Positions 50,904 to 61,608 of a DNA stretch of 64,000 nucleotides are shown here, piece after piece. This DNA comes from an uncultured Verrucomicrobiae bacterium. Its GTDB lineage: Bacteria > Verrucomicrobiota > Verrucomicrobiia > Chthoniobacterales > Chthoniobacteraceae. Both the position numbers and the translations under genes were made by a program. Below the pieces are notes generated by a model that ran no database searches, was not told the origin of the DNA, and saw nothing but the letters and a program-made list of their open reading frames with translations. Position 1 is the stretch's first letter; each line of letters starts with the position of its first letter. Location: the NCBI GenBank assembly GCA_963836755.1, contig CAWIKF010000002.1, forward strand, positions 1,280,001 to 1,344,000, given 5' to 3'.

Positions 50904-51785
50904 TCAATATTCGCGGTTCAGCAAATGGTCGGCGAGCAGCAGCAGCGTCTCGCTTTTTTTCCCGAATATCTGCACGGATTCTCGCGCTTGATTCGTGAGC
51001 CGCTTCGCCTCGCTGCGAGATTTTTCCAAGCCGAACACCGCCGGGTAAGTCGCCTTTTGTGCGGTGACATCCTTGCCCGCGCTTTTGCCGAGCTTTGCGG
51101 AGGTTTGTGTGACGTCAAGGATGTCGTCGATGATTTGAAATGCGAGGCCGAGCGATTGGCCGAACGTCGTCAGCGCTGCGAGTTTCTTCTCGTTCGCGTT
51201 TGCGCTCATCGCGCCGAGCCGAATCGCCGTGGTCAAAAGCGCGGCGGTTTTTGACCGATGAATAAACTGGAGATCACGCGGTGCGATTTTTTTTCCTTCG
51301 CCTTCCAGGTCAAGAACCTGGCCGGCGATGAGCCAGCGGCTTCCGGCGGCAACGGAGAGCTCGCGGAGCAACGCGGGCATCCGATAGCGCGGCCAACCCT
51401 CCGCTTGCGCCAAAATTTCAAACGCAATCGTCAGCAGCGCGTCGCCGGCGAGCACTGCAATTCCTTCGCCGAAAACTTTGTGACAGGTCGGTCGACCGCG
51501 GCGCAAATCGTCGTCGTCCATGCACGGGAGATCGTCGTGGATCAGCGAATATGTGTGAACGCACTCGACCGCGCACGCGAGTGGCATCGCCTGCGAAGCC
51601 GCTCCACCACAAGCTTCGGCGGCGGCGAGACACAATATTGGGCGCAGCCGTTTCCCACCGGCAAAGAGGCTGTAGCGCATTGCCTCGTGCAAGGTCGCGG
51701 GCTTTGTTGAAGCCTTCGGCAAAAAGCGATGGAGCGCCTTGTCCACGAGCGCTGAGTTGTCCGCGAGATATTTTTCGAGGGGCAT
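50904..51785 (-). CDS. ispA: Farnesyl/geranylgeranyl diphosphate synthase
   Basis: GGKRLRP, SLIHDDLPCMDDDDLRRG, FQI.DD. Confidence 0.92.
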   Translation of the reverse strand: MPLEKYLADNSALVDKALHRFLPKASTKPATLHEAMRYSLFAGGKRLRPILCLAAAEACGGAASQAMPLACAVECVHTYSLIHDDLPCMDDDDLRRGRPTCHKVFGEGIAVLAGDALLTIAFEILAQAEGWPRYRMPALLRELSVAAGSRWLIAGQVLDLEGEGKKIAPRDLQFIHRSKTAALLTTAIRLGAMSANANEKKLAALTTFGQSLGLAFQIIDDILDVTQTSAKLGKSAGKDVTAQKATYPAVFGLEKSRSEAKRLTNQARESVQIFGKKSETLLLLADHLLNREY

Positions 51786-51876
51786 GAAGAGCGCGCACTT
51801 TGGAAATTCGCGCCTTCTTTTTCAACCGCAAAAAAGGTGAACGTCTGCGCAACGTGTTAACGGGCTGCTGAATCCA

Positions 51877-52314
51877 CTATTTCTTCGCCGAACTTTCAGC
51901 CGCGTTCGACTTTGACTCCAGAACCTCGATCCGCACGTTCATGCGGCCTTTTCCGATTAGGTGAATTTTCGCCGCGGCGTCATGACATAAATCGATCGTG
52001 TGCTTTCTGTGCACGCCCCTATCGGTGATGCGGACGACCACGCTGGTTCCGCTTTTCTCATCGGTCACGCGCACGAGCGCGTCGAGCGGTAGAGAGTCCG
52101 ATGCGGCGGTCAGCTCGCCCGGCGCGCGCTCGGCCGCAAGTGAATTTCGGGGAACGTCATACCAAGTCGCGATGGCCTTTTGACTGCGCGTCGGCTCATT
52201 TTCAGAACTCGGTTTGCCGCCCGCCGCGACCGTCGGATTCAAAATGATGGCAACGCTTCCGGCAAGGGCGACGAATGCAGTCAATGTTTTCCAGGCTCTA
52301 ATCAGCGATCGCAT
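51877..52314 (-). CDS. RlpA-like double-psi beta-barrel protein
   Basis: ATWY, TAA..LP, VVVRITDRG, IDL...AA. Confidence 0.8.
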   Translation of the reverse strand: MRSLIRAWKTLTAFVALAGSVAIILNPTVAAGGKPSSENEPTRSQKAIATWYDVPRNSLAAERAPGELTAASDSLPLDALVRVTDEKSGTSVVVRITDRGVHRKHTIDLCHDAAAKIHLIGKGRMNVRIEVLESKSNAAESSAKK

Positions 52315-54472
52315 AAGAAGGGCGCGAGGCGAGCAGGTCGCGCACCCGCTGCGCGAGCACGTGCGGCGCAAAAGGTTTTTGCAGAACCTCGATTTCGAAT
52401 TCCTTCGGCGCGTGTAATTCCTCCTCCGAGTAGCCGGAAACGTAGAGCACGCGCGTTTCTGGGCGCACCAGCGTCAAGCGCCGCGCCAGCTCGGGGCCGC
52501 TCATTTCCGGCATCACGACGTCGGTGATCAGGAGGTGAATCGGCCCGGCCGTTTCCGCGGCCATTCGCAAAGCTTCGCTGCCGCGCTCCGCGCACAAAAC
52601 GCGATAGCCATATTTTTCCAACACGTCGCAAACCAGCTTGCGCACGATTTCTTCGTCCTCGACGACGAGCAGCGTCTCGCACTTTTTCGTCGGAGCCACG
52701 GAGTCGACCGCGGCTCGTGGCGGGTCCACAGGCGCATGCTCGCGCGGCAGATAAATGCGAAAACTGGTGCCGTGTCCGACGGCGCTCTCGACGGAAATGC
52801 CGCCGCCGCTTTGTTTAACGATACCATACACAGTGGCAAGTCCGAGCCCCGTCCCCTTGCCGGGATTTTTCGTCGTGAAAAACGGCTCGAAGATGTGCTG
52901 CTGTGTCTCCTTGCTCATTCCTTCACCGGTGTCCGACACGGCGATCAGGACGTATTCGCCTTTCGACAATCCGGCCTGCACGCGACTGGAATCGTCGCCG
53001 AGATCCGCGAGCGCCGTGCGGATCGTCAGCACGCCGCCTTGGGGCATGGCGTCGCGCGCGTTGACGCCGAGATTGAGCAGCACCTGCTCCAGCTGACCCG
53101 GATCGGCTTTGATGCGCGCATCTTTGGCATCAATAATGGTCCGCAATTCAATGTGCTCGCCGATGAGCCGGCGCAGCAATTTCTCCATGTTCGTGACAAG
53201 TGCGCTGACCTCGAGCACACGCGGCTGCAGGATTTGCTTGCGGCTGAAAGCGAGCAATTGGCGCGTGAGCGACGCGGCCTGGTCGCCCGCCATGCGCACC
53301 ATTTCCGCGCACTGCAGGCTTACGCGATCGCCTCGCACGCGATCGAGAAGCAGATCGGAGTAGCCGATAATCGCGGTCAACAAATTGTTAAAATCGTGCG
53401 CGACGCCGCCTGCGAGTTGTCCGACCGCCTCCATTTTTTGCGACTGTCGCAATTGCTCCTCGCTCCGCTCCAGCGCTGCCTCCGCGCCGCGCCGTTCCTC
53501 CATTTCATTAATCAGCGCGGTGCGTTGCTCGAAAAAATGGTGGATCAATTGCGCGATCGTGCCGAACTCGCTCGACTCGTTTTTGAGGTGGCGAAGCGGC
53601 GCAACGTTTCGCTGGTTGAGCGAATCCGCGATCAACTTCAGCGGTAGGCTGACCCAGAAAAACAACGCTCCCGCCAGCAACGCGAGCAGCACGAGAGCGA
53701 ATCCGATGACCCACAGAAAAAGGCTCTCGGTGAAGCTATTCAGCTCCGCCACCGCAGGCGCGTCGTTTTTCACCGCGAGATACGCGAGCGGTCGGCCGTC
53801 CCAGCCATCGAGTTCGCGGGAAAACGAAACGGTGCCGGATGCCGCCGATCCCGCGGGCGGTGGCTCGCCGGTGAGACGCACATCGTTGCCGGTAAAAAGC
53901 GCCATCTCGCGGACGCTTTCATTGCTCCAAAGTTGGCCCGCAAAAAGATAGCCCCGAGCTGGCGTGGTGCGCGAGCTGTCTTGCGACGGATGGACGGTCG
54001 CGCCGCGGATTTCCATCAATCCCTGCGGCGTCCGCACAAAGAAATGGCAGAACTTTTGTGCGGCGAAAAGCGACGGAATCGCACTCCTCGGCATCGGCAC
54101 CTCGGTCAAGTTTGACGCGTAAAGATTGTTGTGCGCGTAGAAAGGCGAAAGGTCGGCGCGCAAGATCCAGAGCGCATTCGCGCCGTAAGTGTTCAGCGGC
54201 GTGTCGCCCAAATTATTCGCGACCCAGTCGCGATCCTGCGATGCGAGCGAGCGGACGAGATCGTCCCAATAGGTGAAATCCTTCGTCATCATTTCCAGCG
54301 GCGCGCCGCGATGCCGCATGAATCCGTCGAAGGAAGCGATTCGCTCCTTTGCGCGCACCGCGAGGATGCGATCAAAGTTTCTTTTTTCGACCTGCTTCGC
54401 GATCGAAAGCGCGGCGACGAAGATAACGACCGTCGCCGCGAGCAGCAGGAAGATGCGAGTTTGGACTTTCAT
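52298..54472 (-). CDS. Hybrid sensor histidine kinase (CHASE4-like sensor, receiver)
   Basis: YWDD, AHDFNNLL, NARDAM, FEPFFTTK..G.GLGL, TDVVMP..SG. Confidence 0.92.
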   Translation of the reverse strand: MKVQTRIFLLLAATVVIFVAALSIAKQVEKRNFDRILAVRAKERIASFDGFMRHRGAPLEMMTKDFTYWDDLVRSLASQDRDWVANNLGDTPLNTYGANALWILRADLSPFYAHNNLYASNLTEVPMPRSAIPSLFAAQKFCHFFVRTPQGLMEIRGATVHPSQDSSRTTPARGYLFAGQLWSNESVREMALFTGNDVRLTGEPPPAGSAASGTVSFSRELDGWDGRPLAYLAVKNDAPAVAELNSFTESLFLWVIGFALVLLALLAGALFFWVSLPLKLIADSLNQRNVAPLRHLKNESSEFGTIAQLIHHFFEQRTALINEMEERRGAEAALERSEEQLRQSQKMEAVGQLAGGVAHDFNNLLTAIIGYSDLLLDRVRGDRVSLQCAEMVRMAGDQAASLTRQLLAFSRKQILQPRVLEVSALVTNMEKLLRRLIGEHIELRTIIDAKDARIKADPGQLEQVLLNLGVNARDAMPQGGVLTIRTALADLGDDSSRVQAGLSKGEYVLIAVSDTGEGMSKETQQHIFEPFFTTKNPGKGTGLGLATVYGIVKQSGGGISVESAVGHGTSFRIYLPREHAPVDPPRAAVDSVAPTKKCETLLVVEDEEIVRKLVCDVLEKYGYRVLCAERGSEALRMAAETAGPIHLLITDVVMPEMSGPELARRLTLVRPETRVLYVSGYSEEELHAPKEFEIEVLQKPFAPHVLAQRVRDLLASRPSYAIAD

Positions 54473-54529
54473 GCGAACGCGCTGGTTAACAGCCTGTTAA
54501 CGTAATCGCGTTCCGGCCGAAAGGCAGTC

Positions 54530-55276
54530 TCATTTTACCGCACGCACGCGCTGCTCGCGCATGGAGACGATCTTAAAATTCGTGCCATCGGGTTTGAGCA
54601 TGAAAACATTGTCGGTCATTCCGCTGACGCTGTGTTCCGCGTTTTTGACCGAAAAGCGAATCCGGAACTTTGTCTCGATTTGCCCCGGATGCTTCTCGCT
54701 GGGCGCCGCGGCGAAGCTGGTTAATTCGTATTTCCGCGTCGGCCAGCGCTTGTAATAATTCTGCACATCGCGCTCGACAAAACGGAGATCGACGATCCCC
54801 TGGTCAAAGTAATCGACTGGCTCCGCGTAGTAGCTCATCTCGGTTTGCAAATGATTCGTCTCGGCATCGCGCAGATAGCTTTCGATGAAATCGCGCACGC
54901 TTTTTTCCGAGAATTGCGCCGGCGGCACGGGCTCTTCGGAGATTGGCGCCGGCGTCGATTCCGTCTTCGCTTCGCGCGCCCTGTCGCTTTTCAAAACCAT
55001 CACATCCGGCCAATCCGGCTCGGCTTTTTGCGGCCCCGGCGGACCGAGATCGAGCGAGTGCAAAGTCTCCGGATTCAGATCCCCATCGGCCTGGAAGCCC
55101 TTTCGTTCCTGATATTTGCGGATCGCCGCAGTCAGCTCCGGAGTTTGACGCCCGTCAATTTCGCCGAAGAAAAGATTCCGCTGCCGCAGTTCCTCCTGCA
55201 CCTGCCGCACTTGCTGGTCGGCCAGCAGCGAAGTCGCGCAAATCAGCCACGCGAGCAGGCACGCCAGTTTTTTCAT
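54530..55276 (-). CDS. Secreted peptidoglycan-binding-domain protein
   Basis: Signal peptide; VQ..L......G.IDG....AIR.YQ...G....G. Confidence 0.8.
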   Translation of the reverse strand: MKKLACLLAWLICATSLLADQQVRQVQEELRQRNLFFGEIDGRQTPELTAAIRKYQERKGFQADGDLNPETLHSLDLGPPGPQKAEPDWPDVMVLKSDRAREAKTESTPAPISEEPVPPAQFSEKSVRDFIESYLRDAETNHLQTEMSYYAEPVDYFDQGIVDLRFVERDVQNYYKRWPTRKYELTSFAAAPSEKHPGQIETKFRIRFSVKNAEHSVSGMTDNVFMLKPDGTNFKIVSMREQRVRAVK

Positions 55277-55337
55277 CGGTATCTAATCGCACGGAGTTTT
55301 CCGTTTGGTTTCGTGCGGCGAAAAAAGACCGCCGCGG

Positions 55338-56591
55338 TCAGCCGTTGAATTCTTTCGCGACCAGCGTGGCGTTGTGGCCGCCGAACCCGAACGAGTTATT
55401 CACGGCCACGCGCACTTTTTTCTCGCGCGCGACTTGCGGCACAAAGTCGAGGTCGCACTCCTCATCGGGATTTTCGAGGTTGATCGTCGGCGGCACGATG
55501 CCATCGCGGATCGCCATGATGCACGCCGCCATCTCGACCGCGCCGGCCGCGCCGAGCAAATGCCCGGTCATCGATTTCGTGGAGCTGACGAGCATCCCGT
55601 TTCTCGCGTGATCTCCGAAAACCGCCTTGATCGCGCGGACTTCCGCCACGTCGCCGATCGGCGTGCTCGTGCCGTGCGCGTTGACGTAATCAACATCATC
55701 CAGCGCGACGCCCGCCTCGGCCACGGCGATTCTCATGCTCCGCTGCGCCTCCTCGTGGTTCGGCAGCGGCGCGCTCATGTGATACGCGTCCGCCGTCAAT
55801 CCGTAGCCAGCCAGCTCGCAATAAATCCGCGCGCCGCGCTTTTTCGCGTGCTCGAGTTCTTCCAAAACCAAAACGCCCGCGCCTTCGCCCATCACGAATC
55901 CGTCGCGATCCTTGTCCCACGGGCGCGACGCGCGCTGCGGCTCATCGTTGCGCGTGCTCATCGCTTTCATCGCTGCGAATCCGCCGATGCCGAGCGGCAC
56001 CACGGTCGCCTCCGCGCCACCTGCGAGAAACGCATCCGCTTCGTTGAAACGGATCATCCGCCATGCTTCGCCGATCGCGTGGCAAGCCGTCGCGCACGCG
56101 GAAACGGTGGCAAAGTTTGGCCCGCGCAATCCGAATTCCATCGAGACCAAACCGCTCGCCATGTTGGAAATCATCATTGGGATCATGAACGGCGAAATGC
56201 GTCCCGGCCCTTTGGTCATCAGGATCGTGTGCTGATCTTCGAGCGTCCGCAGTCCGCCGATGCCGCTGCCGATGATCACGCCGAAGCGCGTCGGATCTTC
56301 ATAGCTCGCGAGGTCCGCGCCCGCATCGGCCACCGCCATTTTCGCCGCGGCCATCGCGAATTGCGTGTAGCGATCGCTCCGCCGCACATCCTTCGGGTTT
56401 TTAAAAAAAGGCCCGGGCTGGAAATCCTTCACCTCGCCCGCGATCTGGCAGTCGTAGCCGGTCACGTCGAACGCCGTGATCCGATCCACGCCGCTCACGC
56501 CGTTTTTGCAGTTCTCCCAGAATGTCGGCAGATCCTTGCCGATGGGTGTGATGACTCCGATGCCGGTGATTACGACTCTGCGCTCGTTCAT
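55338..56591 (-). CDS. fabF: 3-oxoacyl-ACP synthase II
   Basis: RVVITG.G, SACA, GFVMGEGAG, NAHGTST, STKSMTGH, NSFGFGGHN. Confidence 0.95.
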   Translation of the reverse strand: MNERRVVITGIGVITPIGKDLPTFWENCKNGVSGVDRITAFDVTGYDCQIAGEVKDFQPGPFFKNPKDVRRSDRYTQFAMAAAKMAVADAGADLASYEDPTRFGVIIGSGIGGLRTLEDQHTILMTKGPGRISPFMIPMMISNMASGLVSMEFGLRGPNFATVSACATACHAIGEAWRMIRFNEADAFLAGGAEATVVPLGIGGFAAMKAMSTRNDEPQRASRPWDKDRDGFVMGEGAGVLVLEELEHAKKRGARIYCELAGYGLTADAYHMSAPLPNHEEAQRSMRIAVAEAGVALDDVDYVNAHGTSTPIGDVAEVRAIKAVFGDHARNGMLVSSTKSMTGHLLGAAGAVEMAACIMAIRDGIVPPTINLENPDEECDLDFVPQVAREKKVRVAVNNSFGFGGHNATLVAKEFNG

Positions 56592-56730
56592 AAAGAGCCC
56601 TCCAAAACAGCGGGAAACGCGCGGAGGAGCAATGGGAAACTTCCGCATCCTCGCCGCCGCGCAAAGGAAAAAAATTGCCGCGGCGATTTTTCATCGCGGT
56701 CGCGCACGGCCCGGCGTATTTGCATGGGCC

Positions 56731-59700
56731 ATGCTTCAGCCCCTGCAGGACCAGCCGGCGCGCGACCGCTTTATTATAGAGCTCGGGCAAAACTTTTGCG
56801 TCTCGGCTGGTGCGGGCGTCGGCAAGACCACCGCAATCGTCCAGCGCATCGGGCAGATCGCGCTGGAGAAACCGGAGTGGCTCTCGCGGCTCGTCGTCGT
56901 CACTTATACAAAGGCCGCCGCCGAGGAATTGCGCGTCCGCGCGCGCTCGCTCGTGCTCGATGGACTCGGCGCCTCCGCGCATCGGCGTCAAAGTTTGATC
57001 TCGGAATTGCGCCGCGCATTCTTCGGGACGATCCACAGCTTTTGTTTAAAACTTGTGCGCGAGCAGGGGCGCCATCTCGGTCTGCCGCAAAGCTTCGATC
57101 TCCTCGAGGACGACGATCAGGCGGAACTTTGGGCGCGCTTTTGCGAAAGCACCGCACTCGATGCGATCCCGCTGCCGGCGCATGTGCTGCGCGCCGTCCT
57201 CCGCTTTTTGACTTTTGAAGATCTCCTCGGCCTCGCGCAGCAGATCAATCCGGGCGATGCGGAAAAAGTTCTCGCCGAAGAATTCTCGGCCGATCCGCCG
57301 CGCCTCACCTTTGCCGATGCGCTCGCAGCTTCGGGCAAGAACGCACCGCAGAGGACGTTGGAAAATCAAAAGAAGCTCCGCGAATGGCTCGCCGAGTTTG
57401 ATTCCGAATCGGACTTTCTCGAGCTGCCCGCATTCACGACCGGCAGCGGCGCATTCAAGGAAGCGTTCGCGCGCGAGCTCAATGAATTCACGGCCTGGCT
57501 CAGCGATGCAGCCGTGCGGATCGCCGCGCAGATCGCGCTCGGGTTCCGCGATTATCGTCGCGACGAATGCCTCATGACTTACGCGGATCAAATCGCGTGG
57601 GCGCGGCAATTGGTCGCCGATCCACACATCCTCGACCGGCTCCGCGCGCGCGATTTCATCATCATTCTCGACGAGGCGCAGGACACCGATGCCGACATGT
57701 TTTCCGTGCTCGCCGAGATCGTGCGCCCGCGCGGCGCGCTGGGTCGGCGAATGGCCGCGAAACAAGGCCGCAAGCGGGCCGGAGCCCGGTCGCTTCTGTT
57801 TCGTGGGCGATGAACAGCAGGCGATTTACGCGTCGCGCGCGAGCCTCGGCACGTATCGCGAATACGTCGATGCCTTCGCCGCGCACAGCGGCGGCGAGCC
57901 GCTGGAATTTTCTGTGACGATGCGCTGCCCGCGTCGCGTGATCGATGCCGTCAACGCCGTTTTCGCCAGCCCGCGCCTGCGCCAGACGCATCTCGATTTT
58001 CGCGAACTTTTACCCAAACCCGACGCGGCGGATGGCGGCGCGTGGCTGCAACCCATCGAGCCCCTCGCGGATGAGCAGCCGCTCGACGCGCTCTTCCGCG
58101 CCGAGTGCGCGCAGGTCGCGCGCGTGCTCAGCGACTTTGGTCCGCACGGGTTCGGCGTGCAGCGCTGGAGCGAAATCGCAATCCTTTGTCCGCGCCACAA
58201 CTGGCTCCGGCTTGCCGCGAGCACATTCATGCATGCGGGGCTCTCATGCCGGCTCGTCGTCGAGAAAAAGATTCAGCTCGAGCTGGCCGCATGCAGCTGG
58301 CCCTCGGCGCTGTTTTACCTGCTCGCGAATCCGTGGGATCGCTTCGAGATGATCGGCGTTTTGCGCGAGATTTTCGCCGTCTCGGATGTCGAGCTCGCGG
58401 ATGCGCAAGCCGTTAACAAACCGCTGGCACTTTGGTCGCGCGAGGGACTTTCACCGCGGCTCGACGCTGCGTTGACATTGTTGCGCAGGTTGCATGATGC
58501 GCGGCCGCGCGACGGCTCGGGAACTTTGAGCCGCTTCGTCGATCTGGTCTTCGAGGAAACGCGGCTCGGCGCGCGGCTGGAGGCCGTGGGCGAATCGGCC
58601 GCCGGGCTGCAATCCTTTCGCCATAAGGCTTTGCAGGCGGAGTGCGATGGCGCGGACTTCCGCGCGTGGGCGACCGATTGCTGCCGCTGCCTCGCGAAAA
58701 GCGCTGAGGGTTTCGCCGATTCCGCCGATGAATTGCAGGTGCTCACCTGCCATAAAGCGAAGGGGCTCGAATGGCCGGTCGTCATTCCGCTCGGGCTCGG
58801 CCGCGACATCCGCAAGTTCTCGCAGGCATTCCCGCGGCTCGTTCATGAGCAGGGAAAAATCCGCATTCATTTCTCCGCATCGGCGGGCGACGAGGCCTTC
58901 AAGGAAGAAGCGGCGCGGCAGACGGCGGAGGAGCATCAACGCTTGTTTTACGTTACTTTGACGCGCGCGAAATCGCTTCTCGTCCTGCCGGATAGCACGC
59001 CGCTTTACGCGAAGAAAGGAAGCTTTCTCGCGCTGTCGCGATGGAGCGAGCTCGACGCCGCGACTTTCCTGCAAAGCCCGTCCCGCCTTGTTCCGCAGGC
59101 GATGGAGGAAAAAGTTCCCGCTCCCGCGTTGCATGCCGCGCTCGACCCGGCGGTCGTGGCGCGCGCGGTGGAAAATTCCCGCAAAATCCCGCGGCGAACT
59201 TTGCCGAGCGAACTCGGCCACGACGTGAGCGGCGAATTGCCGGAGGGCGAACCGGTGACGGAAATCGGCGGCCGCGATTACGGCACCTGGTGGCACGCGA
59301 CGATGCAATATTTCCCGTGGCAGAAGAGTGCGGCGGTGCGCCGCGATTATCTGCGCGACAAAGTTTCTGCCGCCGCCGCGACTTTCCGGAAGCGCGCGGA
59401 AGCGGAGCTGCGCGCCTCCGCAAAGTTCCGCGACGAGCTTTGCGCGGATGGCGAAAAGTTCCTCGCCGAAGTCCCATTCAGCCATCCGCGCTCGGCGGAG
59501 GAATGGATGGACGGCGTCATCGATCTCGTGGTCGCGATGCGCGGCGGCGCGCTCTGGATCATCGATTGGAAGACCGACCGGCGATTCCTCGCGGAGAGCG
59601 CCGATGCTTTTGCGAAGCGGCTTCGCGACGCATACGGCGCGCAGCTCGCCGCTTATGCCGAGGTGCTCCAGCGCGGCATGGGGCGCGACGTGGAGCGGCT

Positions 59701-59740
59701 GATTTTGTATTCCACCGAGCTCGGCTCAGCGGTGGGCTGA
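56731..59740 (+). CDS. UvrD/AddA-like helicase-nuclease, frameshift near 57740
   Basis: AGAGVGKT, TIHSF, DEAQDT, VGD..QAIY, T.HKAKGLE, YV..TRA, G.ID..IIDWKT. Confidence 0.88.
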
Positions 59741-60157
59741 CGCCGCGTGGCCGTCCGCGCGGTCGCACAACTTTTTCGTGAGCACCAGCTCCGTGCCGCG
59801 CTCTTTTAAAACATAATCGACCTCGTCAAAAACCGACTTGATCAAGTGCAGCCCGAGCCCGCCCGGCTGCACCTCATCGAGCGCGCGCCTCGGCAGCGGC
59901 GTCTCCGTCTGCTCGCCGTAATCGCGCACGCGGAAGCAGACGCCGCCCGTCACACACTCGCAGCTCAGCGCCATTAAATGCGTTTCCTCATGTTTATACA
60001 CGTGTCGAATGACGTTTGTGCACGCCTCATCCACGCCGAGCACCAGCAGATCGCTCTGCTTCGTCTCGAAGCCGCACTCCGCGGAAAATTTCCGCACGAG
60101 ATCGCGCACCAGCGAGAGATTCGCGGGATGGCTGGCAAACTCGATGTGATGCTTCAT
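59726..60157 (-). CDS. RsbW-like anti-sigma factor (HATPase_c_2)
   Basis: DEACTNVIRH.Y, VRD.G, GGLGL.LI...FDEV. Confidence 0.85.
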   Translation of the reverse strand: MKHHIEFASHPANLSLVRDLVRKFSAECGFETKQSDLLVLGVDEACTNVIRHVYKHEETHLMALSCECVTGGVCFRVRDYGEQTETPLPRRALDEVQPGGLGLHLIKSVFDEVDYVLKERGTELVLTKKLCDRADGHAASAHR

Positions 60158-60884
60158 TAGGAAAAATAAAACGTAGCACGTTTGCCGCGGTGCGCGTATC
60201 GGGTTTTTGACGCGTGGTTGCATTCGTGGAAAAGCGACCGCCGAAGCGGGTGGGGGAGAGCCGAGCCGCAACAGCCGCCGCGCCCTTGCGCAAAAAAGAG
60301 CGGCAGCCCCTCCCAAAACGCTGCCGCTCCCACTCAACGCCAAAATTTTTACGCCGTTATTTGCGCGCGGGTTCGAGCTGATGCTCGGGTGGCCATTCGC
60401 ATGACCGTTGCTCGCGATTGCACGCGGCGTCAGCGCCGTTGGGTCAACAGCGGGCGACTCCGCCTTTGGCTCCAGCGCGGCAGCGGGCGGGATCGTCACC
60501 ACGATCGGCTCACTCGCCAGCCCCTGGCGACCCGCACTGCGTTTATTCCGCATGCACACAATGTGCGGCGGAGCTTGGGTGAAGTAGCAGCACCAGTGCC
60601 AGCCCTCGCAAAGTCGCAAAAATATTTGCTCGGCGAGCATCGATTTGAAAAAACGTGACCTCAAAAAAGATTTTCCTGCCCGGTTCTGAAAAAATCCGGC
60701 CTCAAATAAGTTCCGCGAGCCCCGATTTAAAAAAATCCCGCCTCCACGAGCTTCGGCGCCACCTACTTAGGACGCAGAGCTCATGATCGAGAGCGTTTAT
60801 GCTTGCCCCCGCACGCCGCAAGCGATAGCCAATCGGCCATGCCACGAGCACGGGCGGCAGCGTGGCGGAAAGCAAACATTTTCG

Positions 60885-60995
60885 GATTAGGCTCAATCGC
60901 GCAGATTTTACTCCGATGAAAAACAACCTCCGCCCGATTAGACTCAATAAATGCGCATTATATTACGCATTTTTGGGGCCTAATTCTCGTTAGGC
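60885..60995 (+). promoter_or_regulatory. attI-like head of cassette array
   Basis: GATTAGRCTCAAT direct repeats (60885, 60936), AAATGCG..CGCATTT inverted repeat, GCCTAATTCTCGTTAGGC core. Confidence 0.45.
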
Positions 60996-61012
60996 CTCAA
61001 AGCACGCGCTCT

Positions 61013-61468
61013 ATGAAACTCATCGCGTTTCTTTTCACATTCCTTGCAGCATCACTTTTCTGTCGCGGTGAGACGACCGTTTCAGGGACTCAGGATGGCC
61101 GTCCCTTGAGCGTCATCGGCAGTCAGGCACCGCAGGTTGAGAAGCTCGCTACAGCACTCCTCGTTTCATCTGACTACGAAGCGCCAGGTCGCATTGCCAC
61201 GGAAGCACGGTGGAAACAGGTATTGGGAGCATCTCACATTCACATCGTCTTTTCGGAGCCTCGCAAGTTCTCGTTTCGATTCAGCACGTCAGGGCCAGCG
61301 AGAGTCCAAGAGGTTTCTGCCGAAGAGGTTCTTATTCCCATTTCTCACGAGAATTCGCCGGATTATGTCTTTGTTAGATTCCACGATCATGTTCGTGCGT
61401 TCGCCAAGTTTAGTTGCGACGCTGGCACAGCTTTACAGAAGATGCTTCCACCACGTTCACATCAATGA
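61013..61468 (+). CDS. Cassette gene, secreted hypothetical protein
   Basis: Signal peptide; bounded by GTTAGGC and attC. Confidence 0.7.
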   Translation: MKLIAFLFTFLAASLFCRGETTVSGTQDGRPLSVIGSQAPQVEKLATALLVSSDYEAPGRIATEARWKQVLGASHIHIVFSEPRKFSFRFSTSGPARVQEVSAEEVLIPISHENSPDYVFVRFHDHVRAFAKFSCDAGTALQKMLPPRSHQ

Positions 61469-61469
61469 G

Positions 61470-61587
61470 GCCTAACCATGCGATGCAGCTAACGGCCTCC
61501 GTCTGTCACACTGGCTGCTCCCCGGAGATCCGCCACGGCAGCTACCGCGCCGCGGTCCGCCTGTAGCTGATCTTGTTCTCGTTAGGC
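61470..61587 (+). repeat. attC site (118 bp)
   Basis: GCCTAACCATGCGATGCAGCTAAC...GCCTGTAGCTGATCTTGTTCTCGTTAGGC. Confidence 0.9.
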
Positions 61588-61608
61588 GACTCAGACCACG
61601 TTTTCCCA

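Noticed and set aside
55305..57218. 637-aa plus-strand ORF
   Set aside because: Mostly antisense to fabF, no motifs; the same applies to 26037-27275, 33194-34462 and 52535-53647
60158..60664. N-terminal extension of the RsbW-like ORF
   Set aside because: Low-complexity translation; the domain starts at MKHHIEF (60157)
60949..60975. dif/Xer site
   Set aside because: One arm resembles XerC, but the 6-bp spacer and XerD arm are missing
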